In this document: positions 48,074 through 57,149 of the stretch, one piece after another
How positions within the stretch are numbered: position 1 is the first letter of the stretch
Layout of the letters: each line of letters opens with the position of its first letter
DNA from: Arenicellales bacterium
GTDB taxonomy: Bacteria > Pseudomonadota > Gammaproteobacteria > Arenicellales > JAJDZL01
NCBI GenBank assembly: GCA_963662635.2
Contig: CAXXFC010000006.1
Coordinates: forward strand, 104,932-168,931
DNA: 64,000 nt
Direction of reading: 5' to 3'
Notes under the pieces: generated by a model
What the model was told of the DNA's origin: nothing
Databases searched by the model: none
The model's input: only the letters and a program-made list of their open reading frames with translations
Translations under genes and position numbers: made by a program

Positions 48074-49044
48074 GAAAGTCCGACGGTATCGGCCTTGAAT
48101 TGAGTATTGCCAGCGGCGAATTTGTATCGACTCAAGACTTCGAGAATCTCGATCAGGCAATTGTCACGTAATATTTCCAGATCTCGAATCGACTGGTTTC
48201 CTGCCTGAGTTAGTGTTCCGGTTACCATTCTGTCTATGAGTTCATCCGTCAATTCGGGTGCATCCATGTGCGTCCACGGTAACTTCAGAGCGGGACCGAA
48301 TTGCTCGAGCATATGTCTCATTCCCTGCTCTCCGCCAGCGAGATGAAATGTCAGACAAACGCCCATAATTGCCCACCGCAAGCCCGGGCCATAAACGATT
48401 GCGTCATCAATGTCCTGGGTGGATGCTACACCATCGGCCACCATATGTAACGCTTCCCGCCAAACCGCTTCCTGAATGCGATCCGAAACATATCCCTCAA
48501 TTTCCTTACGAACCATCAGCGGATACATGCCGATTGCGCGATAAAACTCTGCAGCTTCACTCGCACAACGATCGGAAGTGTTCTTTCCTTTAACGATTTC
48601 GACCAAAGGCAGTATGTATACGGGATTGAAGGGATGCCCGATCAAGATCCTGTCGGGATGCGAAACATTCGCCTGTATTTCTGACGGCAGCAATCCGGAA
48701 GAACTTGATGCGATGACAACACCTGGTGGTACAACCGCATCCAACTGTTCGTGCAACCGTTTTTTCAATTCGAGGTTTTCTGGCGCACTTTCCTGGATGA
48801 AGTCACAAGTTCCTGCAACTTTTTCCAGGTCATCGCTAAAACTGACATTGCCGGACTGACTTCGATCAAATCCAAGTTTCTCAAGCGCGAACCATGCGTT
48901 ATCGACATGGGCCATCGCTGTTTCCTCACCACCTGAACTGGGATCATAGACCAGTACGTCAATGTTTCTCGCGCTGCAGCGGGAAATCCAACCTGATCCA
49001 ATCAATCCAGCACCGATCACGCCAAACTTTTTTACCGGTCTCAT
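48070..49044 (-). CDS. 3-hydroxyacyl-CoA dehydrogenase family protein, L-carnitine dehydrogenase-like
   Basis: FGVIGAGLIGSGW Rossmann motif, HPFNPVYILPLVEIV, and a C-terminal tail resembling carnitine dehydrogenases. ATG 49044 lies one base after the upstream stop. Confidence 0.7.
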   Translation of the reverse strand: MRPVKKFGVIGAGLIGSGWISRCSARNIDVLVYDPSSGGEETAMAHVDNAWFALEKLGFDRSQSGNVSFSDDLEKVAGTCDFIQESAPENLELKKRLHEQLDAVVPPGVVIASSSSGLLPSEIQANVSHPDRILIGHPFNPVYILPLVEIVKGKNTSDRCASEAAEFYRAIGMYPLMVRKEIEGYVSDRIQEAVWREALHMVADGVASTQDIDDAIVYGPGLRWAIMGVCLTFHLAGGEQGMRHMLEQFGPALKLPWTHMDAPELTDELIDRMVTGTLTQAGNQSIRDLEILRDNCLIEILEVLSRYKFAAGNTQFKADTVGLS

Positions 49045-49045
49045 T

Positions 49046-50182
49046 TCAGCCGACACCGTGCACTTCATTATGTTCGCCAAGTTTCGGCACTGATTTCTCT
49101 ATCGATGCGCTATCCATCAAACCGTCAACGAAAGGCATCGGCAAGGCGCTGACTATATCACCCTCACCGGTTCGTATCTTTCTGTCAAATACTCCACGGA
49201 CAATATAGTGTGCATCCCCGACCGCCTCCTCCAGCGTGCTCGCAATTACCGCGCAGGCATCTTTATTTTCGAATGCCTCTTTCCAGTGGGAGGAACTCTC
49301 CTCCTGGATGATTCTTTCGATGGTCGCTGTGACCTTTTGAGGCTGTGAATTCTCATCGATAGAACCTCTATCGAAGCCGATAATCCTGCAAAACTCATTC
49401 CAGAATCGCTCCTCAAGTGCCGCCACCGCGAGGTAACGACCATCAGCGGTGGTGTAAACCTGGTAGCGCGGCGAGCCGCCCGTCAATAGTTGATTACCGT
49501 TCTGAGGCCAATCGCCTGTTCCCCATCCTAGTCCCAGACACCAGAACATCAGGGGAAACAGGCAATCTGTCATCGATACATCGATATAGCACCCTTTTCC
49601 AGTACGTGCCCGCTGTTGAAGTGCCAGGAGAATGTTCATCACAGCGGGATATGAACCTGCCGCCAGATCTGCTGCCAGCAGTTGTGGAATCGCTGGCTTA
49701 CCGGAACTGGCATCACCGATAGCGAGCATGCCAGTGTCTGCGACATAGTTGAGGTCGTGAGCGGCAACGGATGCTTTGGGACCGGTTTGACCAAATCCAG
49801 TGATGGAGCAATAAATCAAACCGGGATTGTCCACTGACAAATCATCATACCCCAATCCCAATCTCGACATCACGCCAGGTCTGAACTGTTCGATCACCAC
49901 ATCACATTGATTAATCAATGACTTGATTTCGTTCAAAGAGATGGAGTCCTTGAGGTCAGCGGTAATGCTCTTCTTACCGGCATTCAATAGTGCGAAAGTC
50001 ACGCCGTTGTCGCCGAACGCGTCCCTGTAAATGCGCATCTCATCACCGATGCCCGGACGTTCGACCTTTATTACTTCCGCACCGGCGTTGGACAACATCA
50101 GGGAAGCAAGCGGACCCGGTGCAAGCGTAGTAAAATCTATGACAGTCAGACCCTCAAGTGGTCCCTTAACCGCATTTTGCAT
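49046..50182 (-). CDS. Family III CoA-transferase (CaiB/BaiF type)
   Basis: LEGLTVIDFTTLAPGPLASLMLSNAGAEVIKVERPG is the family III N-terminal signature. 378 aa. Confidence 0.85.
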   Translation of the reverse strand: MQNAVKGPLEGLTVIDFTTLAPGPLASLMLSNAGAEVIKVERPGIGDEMRIYRDAFGDNGVTFALLNAGKKSITADLKDSISLNEIKSLINQCDVVIEQFRPGVMSRLGLGYDDLSVDNPGLIYCSITGFGQTGPKASVAAHDLNYVADTGMLAIGDASSGKPAIPQLLAADLAAGSYPAVMNILLALQQRARTGKGCYIDVSMTDCLFPLMFWCLGLGWGTGDWPQNGNQLLTGGSPRYQVYTTADGRYLAVAALEERFWNEFCRIIGFDRGSIDENSQPQKVTATIERIIQEESSSHWKEAFENKDACAVIASTLEEAVGDAHYIVRGVFDRKIRTGEGDIVSALPMPFVDGLMDSASIEKSVPKLGEHNEVHGVG

Positions 50183-50392
50183 CGCCTCTAACAGTCAATT
50201 GTCGAAACTACCCTTAACAATCTCTTGACTCCGACAGGATATATCTCTGAATAATTTAAGATTCTCAAAGAGTTCCGTAGCTGGATATCGTTACTTATAT
50301 TGGCAATGAAACTCAGAGGAAATTAGTGTAAATTGTTTGTTCAGCGAAAGTCCGATTATTTCCTCTCAGACCCCCACTATTCTCTACCAGAA

Positions 50393-50422
50393 TTACAATC
50401 CTAGCGTGCTATGGGACCCTAG
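50393..50422 (-). pseudogene. yafQ: 3' stub of yafQ displaced by element copy B
   Basis: The minus strand reads CTA GGG TCC CAT AGC ACG CTA GGA TTG TAA (LGSHSTLGL-stop). This is the missing GSHS..L C-terminus of a YafQ/RelE toxin, immediately outside the element terminus. Confidence 0.8.
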
Positions 50423-50451
50423 TGTCCGGTCATTCGACTAATGTCGTAAAG
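50419..50451. repeat. Terminal inverted repeat of element copy B (ORF-distal end)
   Basis: See the element entry. Confidence 0.8.
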
Positions 50452-50553
50452 TCGTTTCAGCCTGATGTGCGCATCCCCGGTCGTGAACTGCCAGTATACC
50501 CTCACCGGCAGATGATCCTGGTCCACCTGCCTCCTCCTCACTTACCTCTCGCA

Positions 50554-51273
50554 TCACTGCGCCTGCTGCTGTCCACGCCCCTTATCCGCGACCAGTCGCA
50601 GATGTCGCGGCACCGCCCGTCGCACGACACCATTCGCGCCATAATCGCCGCACGGCCTGAACCCCATGGGCGGCCGGGTCCACTCGAACACGCCGTCCGA
50701 CACGTCAATCAGGTGAATGCCCGATTCCCACACAAGCTCACGCTGGTCCTTGTCGATCTCAACCACTGCAAGAATCGGATATACCTCCCTTGACTCGAAC
50801 TCGGGCTTTTCAATGCGAAAATGCCTGACCAGCCGCCACACCTGATCCAGATGCTCAGGCTCAAACTTGCTCTTGACCTCCACTATATAGGCCGCTCCGG
50901 TGCCGTTGCGGGCGATACCCCAGCCATCCAGCTGCAGGTTTCCGCGCTCGTACGACTCCATGTAGTCGGCATCGAAATGCTCGTCCAGTACCCGCCGGAC
51001 GGAGGGTTCCACAAGCGCCTCGGTGTAGCTTCCGAACTTGTTGTTGTGTCCGCCGATCTGCTTGCCGTGCTCTTTCGCCGTCGCGGCCAGCTTCGTAGCC
51101 GTCGCATTCACCTTCGCAATCTTTTTACCGAGTTTCTTCCATTTCTTATCGGACCGCTTCCACCTTTCTTCGCGTTCCTCTTGCATTTTGACGACACGCT
51201 GATTGATCCGCTCGGTCTCCTCGCGTATCTTCTGAATCCTTTCCTCAGTCGTCAGATTCTCCTGTTCCGGCAT
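50554..51273 (-). CDS. Coiled-coil + putative PD-(D/E)xK nuclease-fold protein (element ORF, copy B)
   Basis: ATG 51273 (MPEQEN...) is preceded by GAGGTGC. It is a paralogue of 31003..31746. The coiled-coil segment is ~7 aa shorter and diverged, and the last ~9 aa differ. Confidence 0.75.
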   Translation of the reverse strand: MPEQENLTTEERIQKIREETERINQRVVKMQEEREERWKRSDKKWKKLGKKIAKVNATATKLAATAKEHGKQIGGHNNKFGSYTEALVEPSVRRVLDEHFDADYMESYERGNLQLDGWGIARNGTGAAYIVEVKSKFEPEHLDQVWRLVRHFRIEKPEFESREVYPILAVVEIDKDQRELVWESGIHLIDVSDGVFEWTRPPMGFRPCGDYGANGVVRRAVPRHLRLVADKGRGQQQAQ

Positions 51274-51492
51274 CTTCGGCACCTCGCATGTCAAGTTGAT
51301 TTCCCCGTCGGCAAAATCCAGTCAAATGTCTGATGACCGGTCCGGTCTCCATGATACTACGATACGGCGAATTGATCGGGTCGGATTGCCCAATTGGAGA
51401 TCCCTGTCGCCGGGCAGTCGGACCGGGATCGACTGTCCGCAACGACAGAACCGCAATTCACAACCGCTGGTGCGCGCTTCACACTGACAAAA

Positions 51493-51526
51493 CCTTACCG
51501 ACATTGGTCAAATGACTATACACTAG
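51493..51526. repeat. Terminal inverted repeat of element copy B (ORF-proximal end)
   Basis: See the element entry. Confidence 0.8.
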
Positions 51527-51777
51527 GCGTACCAATTGCAGACTCTCTTTACCCTCCAGTCTGTAGATCAACACTAAATTTGAGCTAAGTGACTATCCCG
51601 ATGATCACGCCAGTTACCGCTTAACGGGTGATCGCGATATCTCTGGTCGAGCGGGATGTCATTAGCCAAGTTCTTCACGATTTCTTCCAGACGAACTTCG
51701 ACTACTGATTTATATTTGCCCCTAAGTTCTCGCCTATATTCGCGCTTGAACCGGGTCGTCCGATCAATCTGGCGCAT
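51523..51777 (-). pseudogene. yafQ: yafQ (RelE-superfamily mRNA interferase) 5' part, frameshifted and interrupted by element copy B
   Basis: MRQIDRTTRFKREYRRELRGKYKSVVEV...DQRYRDHPLSGNWRDHRDSHL, then a 1-nt frameshift near 51586..51591. It continues as SSNLVLIYRLEGKESLQLVRL up to the element boundary. The start overlaps the restored dinJ stop. Confidence 0.8.
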
Positions 51778-52026
51778 TCATATCTTCAATTAATTCCTCA
51801 ACGCTGTTAAAACTCTTTACTTTACCTTCTCGCGCGTCATTCATGGCGGCAATTGTTTCCGCATTTGGAATGAGGGGATCAAACACAACCTTTTTTCTTT
51901 TGCGATTCGAATCAACAATAGACGAAAAGCATCGGAGACTGTTAGACCTGCGTCGGCCAAAACTTCTGTAGCTTCCTTTTCAATACTTTCGTCTACGCTT
52001 ATGCGTACGATCGAGGTACTCGACAT
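51764..52026 (-). pseudogene. dinJ: dinJ/relB-family antitoxin with a homopolymer frameshift
   Basis: MSSTSIVRISVDESIEKEATEVLADAGLTVSDAFRLLLIRIAKEK, then a frame change at an A6 run (plus-strand T6, 51891..51896). The other frame continues VVFDPLIPNAETIAAMNDAREGKVKSFNSVEELIEDMNAPD-stop, the expected DinJ tail. Confidence 0.75.
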
Positions 52027-52192
52027 ATAGTTCTCCGGTTCATACCGTTGCAAATTTGCAGGTTTTAATATACTCATTTACCTCAATTCGGTGTCTTGGT
52101 TTATATGTCGCATCAATTTTTGATTGTACGCGGCAAGTCCTGACTGGCATATACAATGTTTACTAAATTCATCTATGTTTAGGAAATTTGAT

Positions 52193-52415
52193 ATGACAAC
52201 ATTTAGTGTTCACTATGCTAAAACTCACTTGTCAAGAATATTGACTACCTTAGATGTATATGATGAGGTGATCATCACTCGTTATGGAATACCAATCGCA
52301 CGATTGATCCCCTATGCTCCGCAAATTACGAAACGACAACCTGGCAAGTTGAAAAAAAATTCAAGGCGGACGACTCTTTCTTTGACCAACTTCCGGATGA
52401 AGAACTGTCTGCTTG
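52193..52415 (+). pseudogene. Phd/YefM-family antitoxin with a homopolymer frameshift
   Basis: MTTFSVHYAKTHLSRILTTLDVYDEVIITRYGIPIARLIPYAPQITKRQPGKLK, then an A8 run (52352..52359). The +1 frame continues FKADDSFFDQLPDEELSAWSE-stop, the usual tail of VapC-associated Phd antitoxins. Confidence 0.7.
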
Positions 52416-52760
52416 GAGTGAATGAAGACTGAAAGAAGTCGCGCAATTATTACTTGATTCTCATACTTTTTGGGTGGCTAACCGATGACAAGCGACTCTC
52501 CAAGAAAGCACAAGATTCAACTCGCGACTCGAAACAGGTGTTTTCGTCAGTTTGATTTGGAGCTGCTTTGGAAATGTGAAAATCTAAGGTTGATCGCTAA
52601 AGGTGCAATAGGTTTTATCGGCAAACTGATTCGGAATACGATTTGATGGTTGACTTGTAGACCAGCTACCATAAAGGCTCATCTGCAACTTTCACGAAGC
52701 ATGCAAGCCAAGAACTCTTCCAGACATTTCAATGCTGTGCGACCGTAGGCAGATCTACAC
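52412..52760 (+). pseudogene. vapC: VapC (PIN) toxin remnant, heavily decayed
   Basis: ATGA overlaps the antitoxin stop. Fragments in three frames: LLLDSHTFW, WLTDDKRLSKKAQDSTRDSKQVF, LELLWKCENLRLIAKG. They follow the PIN pattern LLLDTH.flW......LS..A...i.......vS..S.WE..iK...gkL. The 3' limit is uncertain. Confidence 0.55.
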
Positions 52761-52788
52761 CCGTTCAGATACAGCATCTGGCGCTCGA

Positions 52789-55700
52789 CTACTCTCTTCT
52801 CCCTTCAATCAACATCACAAGAGTCGGCAGAATGAACAGCGTGAATAGACCTGCAAATATCAGCCCACCTATCATGCTGACAACGAATGGTACCATATTC
52901 AACAGTGCTTCACTGCGCTCATATAGAAGTGGAGATAAACCAAGAATTGTGGTTAGACTAGTCAAAAACACCGCCCGAAATCGATGATGCATTGCTCCTG
53001 ATGCGATAGCGATAGCCGCAACATCGGGATTGGCCTTCCGCATTGTGTTGTATCTGTCGAGCAAAACAAGCGCGTCATTCACGATCACGCCCGACACCCC
53101 GACAACACCGAAGATTGACATGGTTGTGAAGTCCCAGCCGAGTATCCAGTGACTGAATATGGAACCGGAAAGCGCGATAGGGATACCAAATACAACAATA
53201 AGGGGTTTCCAGTAGCTTCGCAAGAAGGCCGCAACCAATGCATACATTGCAAGCAGTGCCAGGGGTACTACAATGGCCAACACCTTGAACATCTTGATTT
53301 CGTTGCGAATTCCTCCATCGATCTTGACTGTCAAGTCCGGATACTTTTCAAGCAAATTCGTTATGTATGTGTCTGAGATTTTTCTTCTCAATTTGATCGG
53401 AGCCACGGTGGCGACATCGGCGAAGCCTTGGACGAAGGCTGCATTCTCCCCGTTAATTCGGTTCAAAATGGCCAGTTCCCGCGTTTCGCTGATTTCTGCA
53501 ATTTCTGACAGAGGAGTCTCTCGACCAGACGAAGTACGAATTCTTTCAGTTGTAAACGCACTCAAATTATCTCTTTGGTCTTGAGGGTAACGAATTACGA
53601 CTTTAATCTCATCACGTTTTCTTTGGATCCGTTGAACTTCCAAACCATGGAAGCTTGCGCGCAATTGTGCTCCTAAACCAGCGGGTGTTATCCCGGCCAG
53701 CACGCCTTCCGGATTCAAATCGACTTTGATGTGACGCTTGCCTAAACTCATATTGTCTGTCAGACCGTAAATGCCGGGTTCGGTTTCAAGCATTTCCCTG
53801 AAATCGGCTGTGGCAGATTTTAATACTTCTCGATCTGAATGTCGTAGTGAGTAAGCAACATTGAAAATCAAAGGAAATGTGGATGATTGAAACTCAAGTC
53901 GCTCGATGGGAGGAGTGAGCCCGATATTCTCACGCCATGTGCGTTCGAATTCCGGAACGGAAAATTTTCGAAGCGGTGGATCATTCAAATTTACATGAAC
54001 CGATGCGATATGACTATTGCCCGAAGATTGATCGCCATGTCTACCAATACTTTGGACCGATTTGATCGGTACTCCGACAACTATGCTGATTGACTTGATC
54101 GGATCACCTTCAAACTGTTCATCTGTCAGTTCGGCCGCTCTGGCAATTCGTTTTGCCTCGACCAAAGTATCGGCAAAATGCGTACCAACCGGCATCTTAA
54201 TTTCAGCTGCAATTTTTCCGGAGACGTAACGCGATTGGTCGATCAATATGACGCGTACTGCATCTGAACCGATGAGCAGGAATGATACGATTACGACAAT
54301 GGCACTAACAATCGGAGTCAAAACAGTGTGACGAACACACAGCGAAACGATAGGAGCGATCACTCGTGATCGAAAGTTGTCCAGCGATAGTCTGACGCGG
54401 GCCTGTAAATCGCGAAGCGGTGAGCGGCTCCAGGGTTTTTCCTTGGAAAGATGGGCTGGCAAAATGAACAATGCCTCAACCAGCGAAACCAGTAGAACAA
54501 GAAATACGACATATGGAACAGCATTTAGAATCTGATAGCGCTCAGCAGTGATAAACAGAAACGGAATGAACGCAATGACTGTTGTGATCGCACCAATCGT
54601 AATCGGCCACGCTACTTCCTTCGCGCCGGATATCGCGGCCTCGAGAGCGTTCTTATCGCTTTGTCGTCTGACCGCAATGTTCTCACCAACCACGACAGCA
54701 TCATCGACAACAATTCCGATCATCAGAAAAAACGCAAAAACCGTACTTAGATTGACCGTCAAGTCAATCGTCGGGAAAAGTAATAGTGCACCAATGAAGG
54801 ACAACGGAATTCCGACGGTAATCCAGGTAGCGAGTCGAAGATCAAAGATCGCGACTAGACAGATGAATACAATAACGAGTCCGATCAGACTGTTCGATAT
54901 ATGTCGTCCCATTTGCTCAAGAGTGAAACCTGCCCGATCGTTCCAAATCGCTACCTTAATATGTTCTGGAAATGACTTTTTCGCCAGCCATGACAGAACA
55001 CTCTCCCTTATTTCGTCGATCGACTGACTCTCTTCCGCAGTAACATTCGCAAATACGGTAGGGATTCCGCTCAATTCCGAATGAATTTCGTAATCAGCGA
55101 AACCATCTGTAACAGTTGCGATTTGACCAAGTGTAATGACTGATCCGTTCAGTTTCTTAATGATCGGGATATTCTCAAATTCTTCGCCTGTAGTACGTTT
55201 TGAAATACTGTGAAGAACAATAGCGCCGGAATCGGTATTCAATTCTCCAAACGAAAGATTGATCGAGTCACGATTGATTTTGCTTGCGATTTCTGCAAAC
55301 GACAAGTTGTAACGCCGCAACTCTTCATCATTTAACTCAATAGTAATTTCGCGATCTCTTATGCCTTTCAATTCCACTTGCTGAGAGATTTCCGGTAGTT
55401 CCAGGAGTTCATGCTGCACTTCCTCAGCGGCTATTCGCAACTCATTTTCCGTTGCCAATTCCGATGAAATCGCGAGAGTCAATACGTCAACTTTACGTTT
55501 TATCAGTGTTATTTCAGGCTTTTCGGCACTTGGAGGAGGGAAACGATTGATTGCGTCGATAGAGTTGGTAACGTCATTGAGAACAACATCCGGATCAGCA
55601 AAGGTCTCAAGCTGGATGGTAATTTTTCCGAATCCTTGTTTAGCTTCAGAGATAACTCGGTCGACACCGCTAAGCCCGAGAACACTCTCCTCGACGCGAC

Positions 55701-55899
55701 GATTGATATCCTCTTCAATCTCTTTCGGTGTAGAACCTGGGGAAGGAATTATGACTGTGATTGTTCGAAGGTCCAATTTCGGCACATTTTGTACCGGTAG
55801 CTGATTCGCGGTATAAAGTCCACCGATGATGATAAACATCATAAGCAGATGTGCCGCAACCCTATTCTCGGCGAAATAGGCGATCAATCCTTTACTCAC
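52789..55899 (-). CDS. RND efflux transporter permease (AcrB/HAE family)
   Basis: 1036 aa with a 12-TM, two-large-loop layout. N-terminus IAYFAENRVAAHLLMMFIIIGG, plus conserved GIVVDDAVVVGENI and VIVNDALVLLD motifs. Confidence 0.9.
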   Translation of the reverse strand: MSKGLIAYFAENRVAAHLLMMFIIIGGLYTANQLPVQNVPKLDLRTITVIIPSPGSTPKEIEEDINRRVEESVLGLSGVDRVISEAKQGFGKITIQLETFADPDVVLNDVTNSIDAINRFPPPSAEKPEITLIKRKVDVLTLAISSELATENELRIAAEEVQHELLELPEISQQVELKGIRDREITIELNDEELRRYNLSFAEIASKINRDSINLSFGELNTDSGAIVLHSISKRTTGEEFENIPIIKKLNGSVITLGQIATVTDGFADYEIHSELSGIPTVFANVTAEESQSIDEIRESVLSWLAKKSFPEHIKVAIWNDRAGFTLEQMGRHISNSLIGLVIVFICLVAIFDLRLATWITVGIPLSFIGALLLFPTIDLTVNLSTVFAFFLMIGIVVDDAVVVGENIAVRRQSDKNALEAAISGAKEVAWPITIGAITTVIAFIPFLFITAERYQILNAVPYVVFLVLLVSLVEALFILPAHLSKEKPWSRSPLRDLQARVRLSLDNFRSRVIAPIVSLCVRHTVLTPIVSAIVVIVSFLLIGSDAVRVILIDQSRYVSGKIAAEIKMPVGTHFADTLVEAKRIARAAELTDEQFEGDPIKSISIVVGVPIKSVQSIGRHGDQSSGNSHIASVHVNLNDPPLRKFSVPEFERTWRENIGLTPPIERLEFQSSTFPLIFNVAYSLRHSDREVLKSATADFREMLETEPGIYGLTDNMSLGKRHIKVDLNPEGVLAGITPAGLGAQLRASFHGLEVQRIQRKRDEIKVVIRYPQDQRDNLSAFTTERIRTSSGRETPLSEIAEISETRELAILNRINGENAAFVQGFADVATVAPIKLRRKISDTYITNLLEKYPDLTVKIDGGIRNEIKMFKVLAIVVPLALLAMYALVAAFLRSYWKPLIVVFGIPIALSGSIFSHWILGWDFTTMSIFGVVGVSGVIVNDALVLLDRYNTMRKANPDVAAIAIASGAMHHRFRAVFLTSLTTILGLSPLLYERSEALLNMVPFVVSMIGGLIFAGLFTLFILPTLVMLIEGRRE

Positions 55900-56030
55900 A
55901 TTGTCTCCCGAATTCGGATATTGCTGCCATCATGATTGACTCTTAGTCGTCCTGGCGAGGTATAGACAACACAGAATCTCATCGGGTGGCAAAAGTCGTC
56001 TCAATCGCAATCGAAAATCCAGTTTGAAAC

Positions 56031-57149
56031 TTACTGCAATTTGTTCACAGTTACCGCCTCACCTTTCGACAAACCCGGATATAAACCGATTACAAGCCCG
56101 TCGGCTGTGTCAAATGGCTCGACAACCCAGTTTTCATCGGTGATCGCAACCGTATCTGGCGAGCGAACGTCTACAACACCGTCCTGAATCACCCAAACTT
56201 TTCTATCAGAATCCATGACACCCATCGGCAAGACATAGACGTCGTCGTAACTCGGGCCATCAAGCGAAATTTCTGCAAACATTCCGGGAAGCGGTAAATC
56301 CTCTTTCGGAATGCTTTCATCAAATCGAAAATATACCCTGATCAGACGGGTGTCTGGTGCTACGACGGTGGATATGCGTTCGATTTGTGCATCATATGCT
56401 TTGCCACCAACTGTTATTGTCGCACCCCTGCCTACAGCTGGGTCCAAATCCTCCAGCAAATGTGTTTCGATCGGAGCGCTGACTTGCAAAGCCTCTAGTC
56501 GATAGCCTCTTCCTAAAATCGATGCATCTGCACCTGCATACTCATGGGGTCCTACCAATTCTCCAACTTCTACGTCTGAGCCAATCACGCGAATTTCATA
56601 TGGCAGGGAAATTTGGGTTTTCCCCAGATTCAGTTGTGCCATCCTTAAACGCGTTTCCAGCAATCGAATACGTGCATCAATTCTAGATGTATCTTTCTCC
56701 GTGTCGTTCGCTACCGATTCCCGTTTCTGTTTTGCAATCTGCAACAATGCATGTGCTTCATCGACGCGTAATTGGTACTCAGAAGGATCAATTCTGACGA
56801 AAACCTCATTGGCCGCAATCGTTCCACCATTTCGGAAGTTTTTCGAAACCCAAGCGATTCGGCCTCGTGCTTCGGTTCTCACAACCACGCGGTCGTCTAG
56901 AGTGACATTTCCTGTTTTTTTGACCTGTAAGGTGATTTGTTGTGTTTGCGGCTGTTTCATCACGCTTACGGTACGCGGCGGACCAGTTTCGACTTCGTCA
57001 ACGGATACGATATCACGTTCGATTCTAGCGGGAGCTCTTGCCAGTATCAGTGCAACAACAACAATACCGATCACAAGGATCAGTTGGAGGTATCCCAACA
57101 CTCGGTTATTCTTGCTTTGATTCGGGGGATTACTTTCTTGTTCAGCCAT
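56031..57149 (-). CDS. RND efflux periplasmic adaptor (membrane fusion protein)
   Basis: An N-terminal membrane anchor, a coiled-coil hairpin region (QLRVDEAHALLQIAKQ...RLRMAQLNLGKTQI) and beta-barrel domains. It lies directly upstream of the RND pump. Confidence 0.85.
   Translation of the reverse strand: MAEQESNPPNQSKNNRVLGYLQLILVIGIVVVALILARAPARIERDIVSVDEVETGPPRTVSVMKQPQTQQITLQVKKTGNVTLDDRVVVRTEARGRIAWVSKNFRNGGTIAANEVFVRIDPSEYQLRVDEAHALLQIAKQKRESVANDTEKDTSRIDARIRLLETRLRMAQLNLGKTQISLPYEIRVIGSDVEVGELVGPHEYAGADASILGRGYRLEALQVSAPIETHLLEDLDPAVGRGATITVGGKAYDAQIERISTVVAPDTRLIRVYFRFDESIPKEDLPLPGMFAEISLDGPSYDDVYVLPMGVMDSDRKVWVIQDGVVDVRSPDTVAITDENWVVEPFDTADGLVIGLYPGLSKGEAVTVNKLQ

Larger units (their letters stand above)
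50419..51526 (-). mobile_element. TIR-bounded element, copy B (1108 bp including CTAG at both ends), inserted in yafQ
   Basis: Termini are CTAGTGTCCGGTCATTCGACTAATGTCGTAAAG (50419..50451) and the reverse complement of 51493..51526, CTAGTGTATAGTCATTTGACCAATGTCGGTAAGG. The flanking sequence is a single yafQ reading frame once the element and one CTAG are removed. Confidence 0.85.

Noticed and set aside
30642-51526. The two inverted copies of the TIR element could bound an ~18.5-kb composite transposon carrying the catabolic and AAA/WYL genes.
   Set aside because: Both flanks of copy B belong to one contiguous yafQ reading frame, so copy B is a simple insertion on its own. The outer flanks of A and B (vapB tail versus yafQ body) are not halves of a single target. 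The copies are also too diverged to be a recent composite.
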